DNA of 10,010 nt. Origin: a virus (lineage: Monodnaviria; Loebvirae; Hofneiviricota; Faserviricetes; Tubulavirales; Inoviridae). The notes under the pieces are model-generated. The model saw only the letters and a list, made by a program, of their open reading frames with translations. It did no database searches and was not told the DNA's origin. The stretch is taken from the IMG/VR virus record IMGVR_UViG_2721755647_000001, one strand, 5' to 3'. The first letter of the stretch is position 1. Each line of letters starts with the position of its first letter. The translations under genes were made by a program, and so were the position numbers. Shown one piece after another: positions 1 to 7,214 of this stretch.

Positions 1-5
1 ACATA

Positions 6-146
6 TTACTTTCCTTGTGTTGGTTTAGTAGTGGATTGTTGAGCTTTTTCTAAAAGCCTTTTTGCTTTAGATGTGTCCAAACCATCTTGGGCAAAGCCTT
101 GTTGCTTATCATTCTGTTTTTGTTCACTTTTTTTTGGCGTATTCAT
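6..146 (-). CDS. Hypothetical small Lys/Gln-rich protein (about 46 aa, MNTPKKSEQKQNDKQQGF...) in the non-repeated left flank
   Basis: In-frame ATG at 146-144 on the - strand within the 6..320 ORF; weak RBS; sits behind a leader homologous to the one upstream of the 140-aa membrane-protein gene in copy 2. Low-complexity sequence, so it may not be a real gene. Confidence 0.2.
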   Translation of the reverse strand: MNTPKKSEQKQNDKQQGFAQDGLDTSKAKRLLEKAQQSTTKPTQGK

Positions 147-215
147 CAGTATATACTTTGACTCGTTTTGTTTATCTCGATGACTTACTTTTTGTTTAAG
201 TTTTGCACAAACTAG

Positions 216-261
216 AACGTGCAGTGTTGGTAATACTGCACGTTTGTACCATTCGTGGTAC
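216..261 (-). terminator. Twin stem-loops: AACGTGCAGT-9nt-ACTGCACGTT (216-244) and GTACCA-ttcg-TGGTAC (246-261); a terminator or attenuator after the RHH gene, or possibly (-) strand-origin-like hairpins
   Basis: Perfect inverted repeats read directly from the sequence, immediately after the stop codon (262-264) of the - strand RHH ORF; a U-rich tract follows on the - strand in copy 2. Confidence 0.4.
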
Positions 262-444
262 TTAATCCTTTTGTTTGGCAGACATGAGATCTTCTGCTGC
301 ATCTTTAGAGTAGTTATCAATCAGATAACCTAAAATCTCTGTCCATGTAATTGTTTTTCCTAGTTTTACACTGGCATTTATAGCCAGTCGTTCTAGTTTC
401 ATTTTTCTTTCTTCCGTCACGTTATAAGTCGTGCGCTTTGCCAT
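262..444 (-). CDS. Ribbon-helix-helix (CopG/Arc/MetJ-like) putative transcriptional repressor, 60 aa
   Basis: MAKRTTYNVTEERKMKLERLAINASVKLGKTITWTEILGYLIDNY has the beta-strand then two helices pattern of CopG (recalled RLTITLSESVLENLEKMAREMGLSKSAMISVALENY); divergent from gII; present in both repeat copies. RBS is weak. Confidence 0.5.
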   Translation of the reverse strand: MAKRTTYNVTEERKMKLERLAINASVKLGKTITWTEILGYLIDNYSKDAAEDLMSAKQKD

Positions 445-571
445 TTTTTACGCTCGTTCAATGCAATATTTGAAGTGAGTATACATGCTCATGAACTCAT
501 ATCATCCAAGCCTCTTGAACTCACTAGCTCACTGATGTAATGTTAAAACACTAATGAACTACTGAACTCAT
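445..571. promoter_or_regulatory. Divergent control region between the RHH gene and gII, with four TGAACTCA/TGAACTAC repeats, a CTCACT direct repeat and a candidate gII promoter (TTGAAC-17nt-TAATGT, 515-543); possible (+) origin or operator
   Basis: Repeats at 492-499, 516-523, 555-562 and 563-570 read from the sequence; -35/-10-like hexamers with 17-nt spacing. The canonical M13 nick motif was not found by eye. Confidence 0.4.
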
Positions 572-613
572 GTGTTAGTAAGTCGTCATTTTTGCAATTT
601 TGAGGATTTATTC

Positions 614-1666
614 GTGATCGATTGGCTTACCGGGATTTTCCCTTGCACACACAAACCGCTTCCGGCGGGGAGTGTTGTCAGCGTTGATGCTGACGGTGCA
701 ATTGAGTGGGAAACCGTTAAGCGACTGACTGTTCGCGGCTCGCATGAAGCAACGATGAAAGTACGATCGATAGGATCTAATGGCGAAGGTAAAGCGACAC
801 ATTTGTACATTGATGGTAATCCGTCCAAGTTTTTGCAGGGGCATTCTGTTGTTGGGTCGGATGATATACAAGGGCTCATGTTGACGGTCTATGCCAGGAT
901 TTTATCCTTATTGAATATTCCTCATGATTTAGCGTCTTATAAAGCTGTTATAGCAGGTCAGTATAAAATTTCACGTGTTGACATTAATTACATGTATTCA
1001 TTATCTACGCTAGAAAATGTCAGATCATGGCTTTATGCCGCCGAATTTAAAGCTAAAACACGCCATGGTCGCGCATGTGGGAAAGGCGGTACAGTTTATT
1101 TAGGTAAAAACTCCCGTCGATGGAGTCTGAAATTTTATTCAAAATATGATGAACACGTTTCGGGTAAAAAAGGGCACCAGATAGCCGAAGATTTTGTACG
1201 AGCCGGGTTACTGGACTGGACGAAAGATAAATTACGTATTGAATTAACATTAAGAACAACTGAGCTTATTGATTTAAATTTAACGCTTGGCGCTAACTGG
1301 AATATGAAAACACCACGTCAATTATTCTCTGAATATGTAGGGAGAATAGAAATGAATCAGAATGCTATTTTAAGTGATGAAAAAATAACGAAACTGCCAA
1401 GAAAAATACAGTCAACTTATTTACTTTGGAAACAAGGGGCTAACATGAAAGAAATGTTACCTCATAACACTTTTTATCGCCATAGAAGAGAATTGCTTTC
1501 GTTCGGTATCGATATTAATTTCTATTGTGATTCACCAGACTCTAATAACGTTGTTCCGCTAATAAGAACGCTGGAAGCCAAGCCAGTGGAAATCCCCTTA
1601 TGGATTTATGAGAAAGGTTTTATTTTCGATTACAACCGTATTTCGCACGCCAGTAGCTGGCATTAA
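614..1666 (+). CDS. gII: Gene II replication initiation (nicking-closing) protein; likely GTG start at 614 preceded by GAGGA (the ORF track begins at an upstream GTG at 572)
   Basis: From 614 the product begins (M)IDWL..., like M13 pII MIDML...; internal NPSKFLQGHSVVGSDD resembles M13 pII SPAKVLQGHNVFGTTD; first gene of the Ff order. Confidence 0.8.
   Translation: MIDWLTGIFPCTHKPLPAGSVVSVDADGAIEWETVKRLTVRGSHEATMKVRSIGSNGEGKATHLYIDGNPSKFLQGHSVVGSDDIQGLMLTVYARILSLLNIPHDLASYKAVIAGQYKISRVDINYMYSLSTLENVRSWLYAAEFKAKTRHGRACGKGGTVYLGKNSRRWSLKFYSKYDEHVSGKKGHQIAEDFVRAGLLDWTKDKLRIELTLRTTELIDLNLTLGANWNMKTPRQLFSEYVGRIEMNQNAILSDEKITKLPRKIQSTYLLWKQGANMKEMLPHNTFYRHRRELLSFGIDINFYCDSPDSNNVVPLIRTLEAKPVEIPLWIYEKGFIFDYNRISHASSWH
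1352..1666 (+). CDS. gX: Gene X protein, an in-frame internal restart within gII (104 aa)
   Basis: In-frame ATG at 1352 preceded by GGAG at 7-nt spacing; analogous to M13 pX (the C-terminal third of pII). An alternative in-frame ATG at 1304 has no SD. Confidence 0.45.
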   Translation: MNQNAILSDEKITKLPRKIQSTYLLWKQGANMKEMLPHNTFYRHRRELLSFGIDINFYCDSPDSNNVVPLIRTLEAKPVEIPLWIYEKGFIFDYNRISHASSWH

Positions 1667-1677
1667 AGGAAAGTAAT

Positions 1678-1995
1678 ATGTCTAATTATGGTCTTTTCGT
1701 TAAGGGTAAAATGTTGGGAGCCCGCCAACGTAATAAAGTTAATGGTCAGGGCTATTATAATGAAATTGGTATTGGCCTTGAAATACCTGATGGTTTTGGT
1801 GGTACAAAGCAGGATCAAATTATTATTCGAGTTTCTCAGACTCTCGTTAACGCAGGTCTAATGAACCAGGCGAATGCTTTCATTGGGAAATTAGTTCAAA
1901 TTCCTGTCTATGTCCGTGCGTGGTCAATGGAGGGTAGGGAAGGTGTAACTTATAATGTTTCTTCCGATGGTGGCATCGCAGAGATCAAAGGTTAA
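1678..1995 (+). CDS. gV: Gene V-position protein, putative ssDNA-binding protein (105 aa; sequence diverged from M13 pV)
   Basis: Strong RBS AAGGAAAG; sits between gII and gVII as in Ff. Assigned by position only; no similarity to recalled M13 gVp was seen. Confidence 0.55.
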   Translation: MSNYGLFVKGKMLGARQRNKVNGQGYYNEIGIGLEIPDGFGGTKQDQIIIRVSQTLVNAGLMNQANAFIGKLVQIPVYVRAWSMEGREGVTYNVSSDGGIAEIKG

Positions 1996-1997
1996 AT

Positions 1998-2084
1998 ATG
2001 GACGATGTTATTCAAATTTTGATAGCGTCTGGCATCGTTATTTCTTTTGGCCTCGGCGCGATTACTGCGGGGGTCTTTCGTTAA
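1998..2084 (+). CDS. gVII: Gene VII minor coat protein (28 aa, MDDVIQILIASGIVISFGLGAITAGVFR)
   Basis: Small hydrophobic ORF right after gV; resembles M13 pVII (...ALGIIAGGQR); RBS AAAGG. Confidence 0.6.
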   Translation: MDDVIQILIASGIVISFGLGAITAGVFR

Positions 2085-2179
2085 TGTATATCGTTTATTT
2101 CTTCGGGGCTTATACCTTTGGTTTTGCCCTTTTCTATGCGGTCGGTTCATTTAAATCATTTTCTGACCGATTAATGTAA
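2084..2179 (+). CDS. gIX: Gene IX minor coat protein (31 aa, MYIVYFFGAYTFGFALFYAVGSFKSFSDRLM)
   Basis: Start overlaps the gVII stop (TAATG); small hydrophobic protein at the expected position. Confidence 0.6.
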   Translation: MYIVYFFGAYTFGFALFYAVGSFKSFSDRLM

Positions 2180-2198
2180 CCTTAATGGAGTTATTCCT

Positions 2199-2441
2199 AT
2201 GAAAATTCTGTCTACTGTTAAATATAAAGTTGCTCTGGCTTCAACTGCGCTTTTTGTTTCTGCAAGTTCTTTTGCGGCTGAAGGCGCTACAGGTGGTACT
2301 GATTATGCAGGTCAGGCAATGGATGCTTTGTTGACTCAGGCAAATGATCTCATTGGTAAAGTATGGCCTGTTGTTGTGGCTGTGGTTGGCGCTGGGCTTG
2401 CCATTCGTATTTTCAAAAAATTCTCTTCAAAAGCGGTTTGA
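2199..2441 (+). CDS. gVIII: Gene VIII major coat protein precursor (80 aa, signal peptide plus mature coat)
   Basis: Signal peptide ...[13 protein letters not shown], then an acidic N-terminus, hydrophobic core and basic C-terminus ...[11 protein letters not shown], close to recalled IKe g8p ...[11 protein letters not shown]; RBS GGAG. Confidence 0.9.
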   Translation: MKILSTVKYKVALASTALFVSASSFAAEGATGGTDYAGQAMDALLTQANDLIGKVWPVVVAVVGAGLAIRIFKKFSSKAV

Positions 2442-2450
2442 ATTTCACTC

Positions 2451-2475
2451 AGGGGCACTCGTTGCCCCTTTATTA
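2451..2475 (+). terminator. Rho-independent terminator after gVIII (AGGGGCA-ctcgt-TGCCCCT then TTTATT)
   Basis: 7-bp GC-rich stem with a 5-nt loop and T-rich tail read from the sequence; Ff phages have a strong terminator at this position. Confidence 0.6.
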
Positions 2476-2487
2476 AAGCGGGTTACT

Positions 2488-3738
2488 ATGAAAAGGAAAA
2501 TATTAATTCTTTCCGCTGTCCTCATTTCTCCTTTTTCACATGCTGAGTCATGGGAAAGCATTACTAAATCCACTTATCAAAGCTCTGCCTACGCTGAAAG
2601 TAAGCAAATAACCAATCAGGATGGCTCTAAGTCAACGGTTTACTATATTGATGCTGCTATGCAGGCCTCCGCTTGTCAGGGTGCTAAATCCAGTGCTCAG
2701 AGTGTATTTACTCAGGTTAAACCAACTTATGAGGGTATCTGGCCTGATTCTGAATTCCGTCTTGTTTTTACTGGTGATTGTACTTACAGCGATTCACCAG
2801 GGCAGAAGGATAAATATTGGTCTTTAACGGCTTATATTGTTGGTGATATTCAGCGTTCTGTTCCTGATGAAAAACCTACTGACCCGACACCAGAAGAAAT
2901 TTGTGAAGCGAAGCCGCCAGAAGAAGGTGTATTTAATAATGTTGATTCATATGATGGTGGTCGTTATATCTACTATAACGGCTGTGAATATGAGGCTACT
3001 GGTGTCATTGTTTGTCAGGGTGATGGTACTGTTTGCGCTGCAACATGGAAGCCTACAGGTACTGTAGCTGACCCCTCTGATAAACCCTCAACCCCCCAAA
3101 ATGGTGGTGGTGAGTCTGGCGGTGGTGAGTCTGGCGGTGGTGAGTCCGGTGGCGGTAGTTCTGGCGGTGGTGAGTCCGGTGGCGGTAGTTCTGGCGGTGG
3201 CTTTAGTGGTTCCAGTCTTTCTAAAGGTGATATTCAGTCTGCTATCGAAGGTGCTTCACCCAAAATAGCCAGCGATATTCATGATAAATTAACGGAGAAA
3301 GACACTTCATCAGATGATAAAAAAAATGCCGATGAACAAACTAGGAATAATATAAATCGTCTTGACGATTCCATTAACAATCTTACGCGGGGGGCTGGCC
3401 GTTTTGCTGACCCTTCAGGTGGTGATTCTCGTTATGGAAAGGGCGACTCTGAATTAGATGGCGCTTCTACTTTGGCTGATTCTGAATTGGGAATTGAAAA
3501 GGATTCTCACGGTGCTTTATGGGAAGCATTTTTAAATAAAGGTGCTATGCTGCCTAATTTACCCAATGGTAACGGCTGCTCTGATTTTATTATTTTTCCC
3601 GGAGAGGTTTATCAGATTGATATTGGTTGCGATAAATTACTGACTATTAAAGATGTTCTTTCATGGGTTTTTTATTGCCTTACGTTCTGGTATGTCTTTA
3701 CTTCTTTAACTTCATTGCTTCGCAAAGGGGGTGAGTGA
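2488..3738 (+). CDS. gIII: Gene III adsorption protein (416 aa) with signal peptide, Gly-rich linker and C-terminal membrane anchor; true start 2488, not the ORF-track 2344
   Basis: [19 protein letters not shown] signal; [10 protein letters not shown] repeats; hydrophobic C-terminus like M13 pIII; starts just after the gVIII terminator. Confidence 0.85.
   Translation: MKRKILILSAVLISPFSHAESWESITKSTYQSSAYAESKQITNQDGSKSTVYYIDAAMQASACQGAKSSAQSVFTQVKPTYEGIWPDSEFRLVFTGDCTYSDSPGQKDKYWSLTAYIVGDIQRSVPDEKPTDPTPEEICEAKPPEEGVFNNVDSYDGGRYIYYNGCEYEATGVIVCQGDGTVCAATWKPTGTVADPSDKPSTPQNGGGESGGGESGGGESGGGSSGGGESGGGSSGGGFSGSSLSKGDIQSAIEGASPKIASDIHDKLTEKDTSSDDKKNADEQTRNNINRLDDSINNLTRGAGRFADPSGGDSRYGKGDSELDGASTLADSELGIEKDSHGALWEAFLNKGAMLPNLPNGNGCSDFIIFPGEVYQIDIGCDKLLTIKDVLSWVFYCLTFWYVFTSLTSLLRKGGE
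3103..3204 (+). repeat. Tandem 15-bp (GGxGGxGAGTCy) repeats encoding the pIII glycine-rich linker, including a perfect 30-bp duplication (3133-3162 = 3163-3192)
   Basis: Read directly from the sequence; encodes [33 protein letters not shown]. Confidence 0.85.
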
Positions 3739-4079
3739 TGCCTTTATTATTAGGTATTCCTGCATTGTTGCGTTTTCTTATTGGTCTTGTTCCTTTGTTT
3801 ATTGGCTATGTGGCGAGTTTTTTAGCTCGACTTGCTACCAGAACAGGATTAATCGCCTTTGCATTGGTCGCATTAATTACAACAACTGTTACGCTTTTAA
3901 TGCAGTACCTTGCTGAGGTCATGTATAACGGTTTACCTGCTGATTTCTCCCATTTAATGGCGTCTGTATTGCCTGACCATTTTCAGGCGTGTGTTAACGT
4001 TATTATGGTTACTCGTATCAGTGTTTTTGTTTTCGATTTAAAACAAAAATTTCTTGATTATGCAAACAGGGTGATTTAA
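3738..4079 (+). CDS. gVI: Gene VI minor coat protein (113 aa); ATG at 3738 overlaps the gIII stop (TGATG)
   Basis: [14 protein letters not shown]... matches recalled M13 pVI MPVLLGIPLLLRFL...; C-terminal FVFDLKQK resembles M13 FIFDVKQK. Confidence 0.85.
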   Translation: MPLLLGIPALLRFLIGLVPLFIGYVASFLARLATRTGLIAFALVALITTTVTLLMQYLAEVMYNGLPADFSHLMASVLPDHFQACVNVIMVTRISVFVFDLKQKFLDYANRVI

Positions 4080-5174
4080 ATGGCGGTTCATGTAGTAACA
4101 GGCAAATTAGGCTCAGGCAAGACACTTGTTAGTGTTTCCAGAATACAGGAAAGACTTGCTAAGGGTTGTCCTGTTGCCACTAATCTTGATCTTAAATTGC
4201 ATAATATGCCTATGGTTGGGCGTTATGCGAAAAAAACGCGCGTTATTCGCATTCCTGACAAGCCTTCATTAAATGATTTACTTGCTATTGGTATTGGGAA
4301 TACATCTTACGATGAATCCCGTAATGGCCTCCTTGTACTTGATGAATGTGGTACTTGGTTTAATTCCCGCTCATGGGGTGATAAAGACAGACAACCTGTT
4401 ATTGACTGGTTTTTACATGCCAGAAAATTAGGCTGGGATATTATATTTTTGATTCAGGATATTTCGATAATGGATAAGCAAGCTCGTCTGGCGCTTGCTG
4501 AGCATGTTGTTTATTGTCGCCGTTCAGATAAATTAAACATTCCTTTTGTTGGCTCCATTATGAATTTGGTTTCAGGGGCGCGATTTTCTTTACCAAAGGT
4601 ACACTTTGGCATTGTCAAATATGGTGATAACGTTAATTCAATTACTGTTGATAAATGGATATACACCGGAAAATCATTATATTCCGCCTACAATACAAAA
4701 CAGGTTTTTACTGATAACTATCCGCATGGTGCTTATTCGCTTTTGCCACCATTTATCACGCACGGTCAATTTTCTGTTCACAGAGGATTTAATTATTATA
4801 TGCGCCTCACGAAAATTTATTTTCGCAAATCGAACCGTCTTATATTAATGCTTTCTTTTTTGGCGCTGGGGCTTGCGCTTGGTTTCTGGCTCCAGTCTGG
4901 AAAGAATGTTGATGAAATCTCCGCTATTAAATCTGCTTATGCTGAACAGGCGAGGGCGGTAACGCCTGATTCGTCCAGTGACTTACCCCGACTTTCTATT
5001 AATTCTTTTTCACAACTTGGCTTTGACGTTTCCGTTACGTTTGTTGATGCAAAAGGTACGAAATATCAGTATTTTGATTTGATTAAAGATGGTTATTCCG
5101 TTGATATTAAAGATGCCTGTCGTGTTGTTATTAGAAAAGGCCGTTATTTACAGACTGTTATCTGTCAGGAGTAA
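4080..5174 (+). CDS. gI: Gene I assembly ATPase (Zot-family, 364 aa) with Walker A GKLGSGKT
   Basis: MAVHVVTGKLGSGKTLVSV... closely matches recalled M13 pI MAVYFVTGKLGSGKTLVSV...; also LLVLDECGTWFN and DWFLHARKLGWDIIFL. Confidence 0.9.
   Translation: MAVHVVTGKLGSGKTLVSVSRIQERLAKGCPVATNLDLKLHNMPMVGRYAKKTRVIRIPDKPSLNDLLAIGIGNTSYDESRNGLLVLDECGTWFNSRSWGDKDRQPVIDWFLHARKLGWDIIFLIQDISIMDKQARLALAEHVVYCRRSDKLNIPFVGSIMNLVSGARFSLPKVHFGIVKYGDNVNSITVDKWIYTGKSLYSAYNTKQVFTDNYPHGAYSLLPPFITHGQFSVHRGFNYYMRLTKIYFRKSNRLILMLSFLALGLALGFWLQSGKNVDEISAIKSAYAEQARAVTPDSSSDLPRLSINSFSQLGFDVSVTFVDAKGTKYQYFDLIKDGYSVDIKDACRVVIRKGRYLQTVICQE
4800..5174 (+). CDS. gXI: Gene XI protein, an in-frame internal restart within gI (124 aa)
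   Basis: Internal Met gives MRLTKIYFRKSNRLILMLSFLALG, resembling M13 pXI MKLTKIYLKKFSRVL... Confidence 0.5.
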   Translation: MRLTKIYFRKSNRLILMLSFLALGLALGFWLQSGKNVDEISAIKSAYAEQARAVTPDSSSDLPRLSINSFSQLGFDVSVTFVDAKGTKYQYFDLIKDGYSVDIKDACRVVIRKGRYLQTVICQE

Positions 5175-5181
5175 TATTATT

Positions 5182-6447
5182 ATGCGCTCTGTTATTGTTG
5201 CTTTTTTATTTGCCTGTTCATTCTGCGTTTCTGCTGAAACTGTTAATTTAAACAATTCATCTGTTCGCTCATTTGTTCAGTGGTATTCTTCAAAAACTGG
5301 CAAGCCTGTTATTGTTAATCCTGATATTAAAGGAAACGTAACCGTATTTAATGCTGATGTTAATCCAACAAATATTGATGATTTCTTTAAGTCTGTTCTG
5401 AATGCTAACGGTTTTGTCATGCTTTCTGGCAATCCTGCGGTAGTCTCTTTGCCGTCTAAATTACCTTCACAGATGGTTTCGGATTCCGATGATTCTGATA
5501 ACCAGTCTTATGATACTTTTCCTTCTGAGCCATCTTACCAGCCAGTACCTGTGGCGCTTACGGTCAGAAATTTTAAGCTGACAAAAGTTAGATCGTCCGA
5601 TGTTCAGCAACTGATTAAAATTTATCTTGATTCTAATGGTGGTGGTAATGTCGTGGATTATCCAGGCAATAACTCGCTGATTGTTTCTGCGCCTGACGAG
5701 CTGCTGCCGGTTCTGTCCGATTTTATCAATTCTGTGGATGTTGCCCGCGATCAGGTTCTCATTCAGTCGCTGATGTTTGAAACCAGCTTGTCTGATGGCG
5801 TTGATTTATCGTTTGCGGCAGGTTCTGCATCCGGTCATAAGGTTGCGGGGGGCTTTAATACTTCTGCACTGGGTAGCGCTCTTTCTACGGCGGGCGGTTC
5901 TTTTGGTATTTTTGATGGTAACGTGTTGGCGCTGTCTCTGCGTGCTGTCCAGAGTAATTCACGCTCTAAGGTGATTTCAACGCCGCGTATTCTTACTCAG
6001 TCTGGTCAGACTGGTTACATTTCCGTAGGTAAGAATGTGCCGTTTATCACCGGAAAGGTAACGGGCGAATCTGCCGGGGTAAATAATCCGTTTCAGACTA
6101 TCGAGCGTCATGATGTTGGCGTTTCTCTCAAGGTAACGCCTGTTGTCATGGGTAACGGGCAACTAGTTCTGACTATCGACACTCGCGCTGATTCAATCAG
6201 CAATGATGATCAGGCATCCGATATTATTACTAATCAGCGCCAGATTCAGACGACAGTCCAGATTAAGGATGGTCAGACGTTGTTATTGGGGGGGCTTATC
6301 GATTCATCGTTTAGCAATGCTGAGCGTTCAGTTCCAGTTATAAGTAAAATTCCTCTTATAGGCTGGATTTTCAGTAGCAAGGCAGACAGCAATGAACAGC
6401 GTATTATGTATATTTTGCTTACAGCACATATCATTCGTCCACTTTGA
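5182..6447 (+). CDS. gIV: Gene IV secretin (outer-membrane export channel, 421 aa); true start 5182 (MRSVIVAFLF...), not the ORF-track 5089
   Basis: Signal peptide, then extended similarity to recalled M13 pIV (NNSSVRSFVQWYS vs NNSPLRDFVTWYS; VPFITGKVTGESAGVNNPFQTIER conserved); RBS AGGAG. Confidence 0.9.
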   Translation: MRSVIVAFLFACSFCVSAETVNLNNSSVRSFVQWYSSKTGKPVIVNPDIKGNVTVFNADVNPTNIDDFFKSVLNANGFVMLSGNPAVVSLPSKLPSQMVSDSDDSDNQSYDTFPSEPSYQPVPVALTVRNFKLTKVRSSDVQQLIKIYLDSNGGGNVVDYPGNNSLIVSAPDELLPVLSDFINSVDVARDQVLIQSLMFETSLSDGVDLSFAAGSASGHKVAGGFNTSALGSALSTAGGSFGIFDGNVLALSLRAVQSNSRSKVISTPRILTQSGQTGYISVGKNVPFITGKVTGESAGVNNPFQTIERHDVGVSLKVTPVVMGNGQLVLTIDTRADSISNDDQASDIITNQRQIQTTVQIKDGQTLLLGGLIDSSFSNAERSVPVISKIPLIGWIFSSKADSNEQRIMYILLTAHIIRPL

Positions 6448-6490
6448 TGGATAGCGGGTAGGTGCGTGAGCCCTGCTCGCTATCCATCAA
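6444..6490 (+). other. Long hairpin (13-bp perfect stem TTGATGGATAGCG / CGCTATCCATCAA with a structured interior) overlapping the gIV stop; packaging-signal-like and/or terminator
   Basis: Inverted repeat read directly; in Ff phages the packaging-signal hairpin lies immediately downstream of gIV. Confidence 0.55.
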
Positions 6491-6516
6491 ATGGACATTA
6501 TTGATTGGGGTAACTA

Positions 6517-6825
6517 ATGGATTCTTATGGGATTTTATCTGCTCTGGCAGAACGAACGATTACAGCGGAAGAAGCAAAAACAATGACACTTGCAGCCAGA
6601 AGTTCTTCGGCTCAGGTAAATGAAGCATCACTTGCTCTGTTACTGATTGATAATACTCTGGATGCGATCAAAGCAGCTGCCAGTGAAGGGAAAGGATACA
6701 CTTTACTTCCTTCTTATGAGATTTCTTTAAAAGCCATTGATTTAGCAGAAGAATTTTTAAGGAAACAATGCGGCTATGTTATTGATAACCAGAATGGCGT
6801 AAGGACGGTCTATTGGTTTATATGA
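6517..6825 (+). CDS. Hypothetical protein (102 aa), first cargo gene after the packaging hairpin
   Basis: ORF with a GGGG-containing RBS 6 nt upstream; no recognisable family; followed by a stem-loop. Confidence 0.45.
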   Translation: MDSYGILSALAERTITAEEAKTMTLAARSSSAQVNEASLALLLIDNTLDAIKAAASEGKGYTLLPSYEISLKAIDLAEEFLRKQCGYVIDNQNGVRTVYWFI

Positions 6826-6828
6826 TAA

Positions 6829-6869
6829 CCCCGGACAGTGACAAAACTTGCTTTTGTTAGTGTCCGGGG
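6829..6869 (+). terminator. Extended imperfect stem-loop (CCCCGGACA...TGTCCGGGG with inner ACAAAA/TTTTGT pairing) between the two + strand cargo genes; a T7 run lies about 22 nt downstream
   Basis: Read from the sequence; the spacing to the T-run is not typical of an intrinsic terminator, so it could be an attenuator or structured RNA. Confidence 0.3.
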
Positions 6870-6942
6870 TTGGCCAAGCCGAACAATTCTGTTTTTTTAG
6901 CGTTATTGCTGATTCGGCGCGGCAGCATTACGAGGAGATAAA

Positions 6943-7176
6943 ATGCAATTTTTCACATCCAGCGATACTGTAATGTTATGTGCGAAGACCTGCGATCGCT
7001 GTGGTCGCCATGCGAAGACGGTGGTAGATGACATTGAGTTCAATGAGTTTCTGTCTGTTAATCACTTAGCTGGATACGGTTCAATTTTTGGTGACAGTAA
7101 TCGCTTAAAACTGGATTTATGCCAACATTGCCTGAAAGACGTCCTGGGCCAGTGGATTACGGTCTGTGACCAATGA
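6943..7176 (+). CDS. Hypothetical Zn-ribbon protein (77 aa; Cys17-x2-Cys20 ... Cys60-x2-Cys63)
   Basis: Strong RBS GAGGAG 5 nt upstream; paired CxxC motifs; no family recognised. Confidence 0.55.
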   Translation: MQFFTSSDTVMLCAKTCDRCGRHAKTVVDDIEFNEFLSVNHLAGYGSIFGDSNRLKLDLCQHCLKDVLGQWITVCDQ

Positions 7177-7214
7177 CGGCACCGGTAACGCCAGTTCCCA
7201 CCATCCTTACCATT

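Larger units (their letters stand above)
215..1666. repeat. Direct repeat copy 1 (matches 8559-10010), starting at a 10-bp-stem hairpin
   Basis: Sequence and ORF-track proteins (60-aa - ORF and 364-aa + ORF) are the same at an offset of 8344 bp; identity starts at about 214/215, with partial similarity back to about 150. Confidence 0.9.

Noticed and set aside
6-320. 104-aa - strand ORF spanning the repeat junction
   Set aside because: As a whole it crosses the twin hairpins and overlaps the RHH gene in another frame; only the distal part from the internal ATG at 146 is kept, as a low-confidence candidate.
586-1259. - strand ORFs (97, 87 and 68 aa) inside gII, and their copies at 8930-9603
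   Set aside because: They are antisense to a well-supported gII homologue, with no RBS and no recognisable features.
2344-2487. ORF-track N-terminal extension of gIII beginning at 2344
   Set aside because: It overlaps gVIII and the gVIII terminator; the real start at 2488 gives a canonical signal peptide.
5089-5181. ORF-track N-terminal extension of gIV beginning at 5089
   Set aside because: It overlaps the gI C-terminus; the ATG at 5182 has an AGGAG RBS and gives a signal peptide aligned to M13 pIV.
5176-5192. Partial dif-like match (TTATGCGC) at the gIV start
   Set aside because: Only about 8 nt match the reverse-complemented XerC arm and there is no second arm; consistent with chance.
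2621-6162. Internal alternate-frame ORFs (2621-2827, 2837-3067, 3731-3916, 4606-4848, 5777-5974, 5977-6162 -) and the 1955-2179 ORF as a single 74-aa protein
   Set aside because: They lie within or antisense to confidently assigned gIII, gVI, gI and gIV genes; the 1955-2179 ORF is an upstream extension of gIX overlapping gV and gVII.
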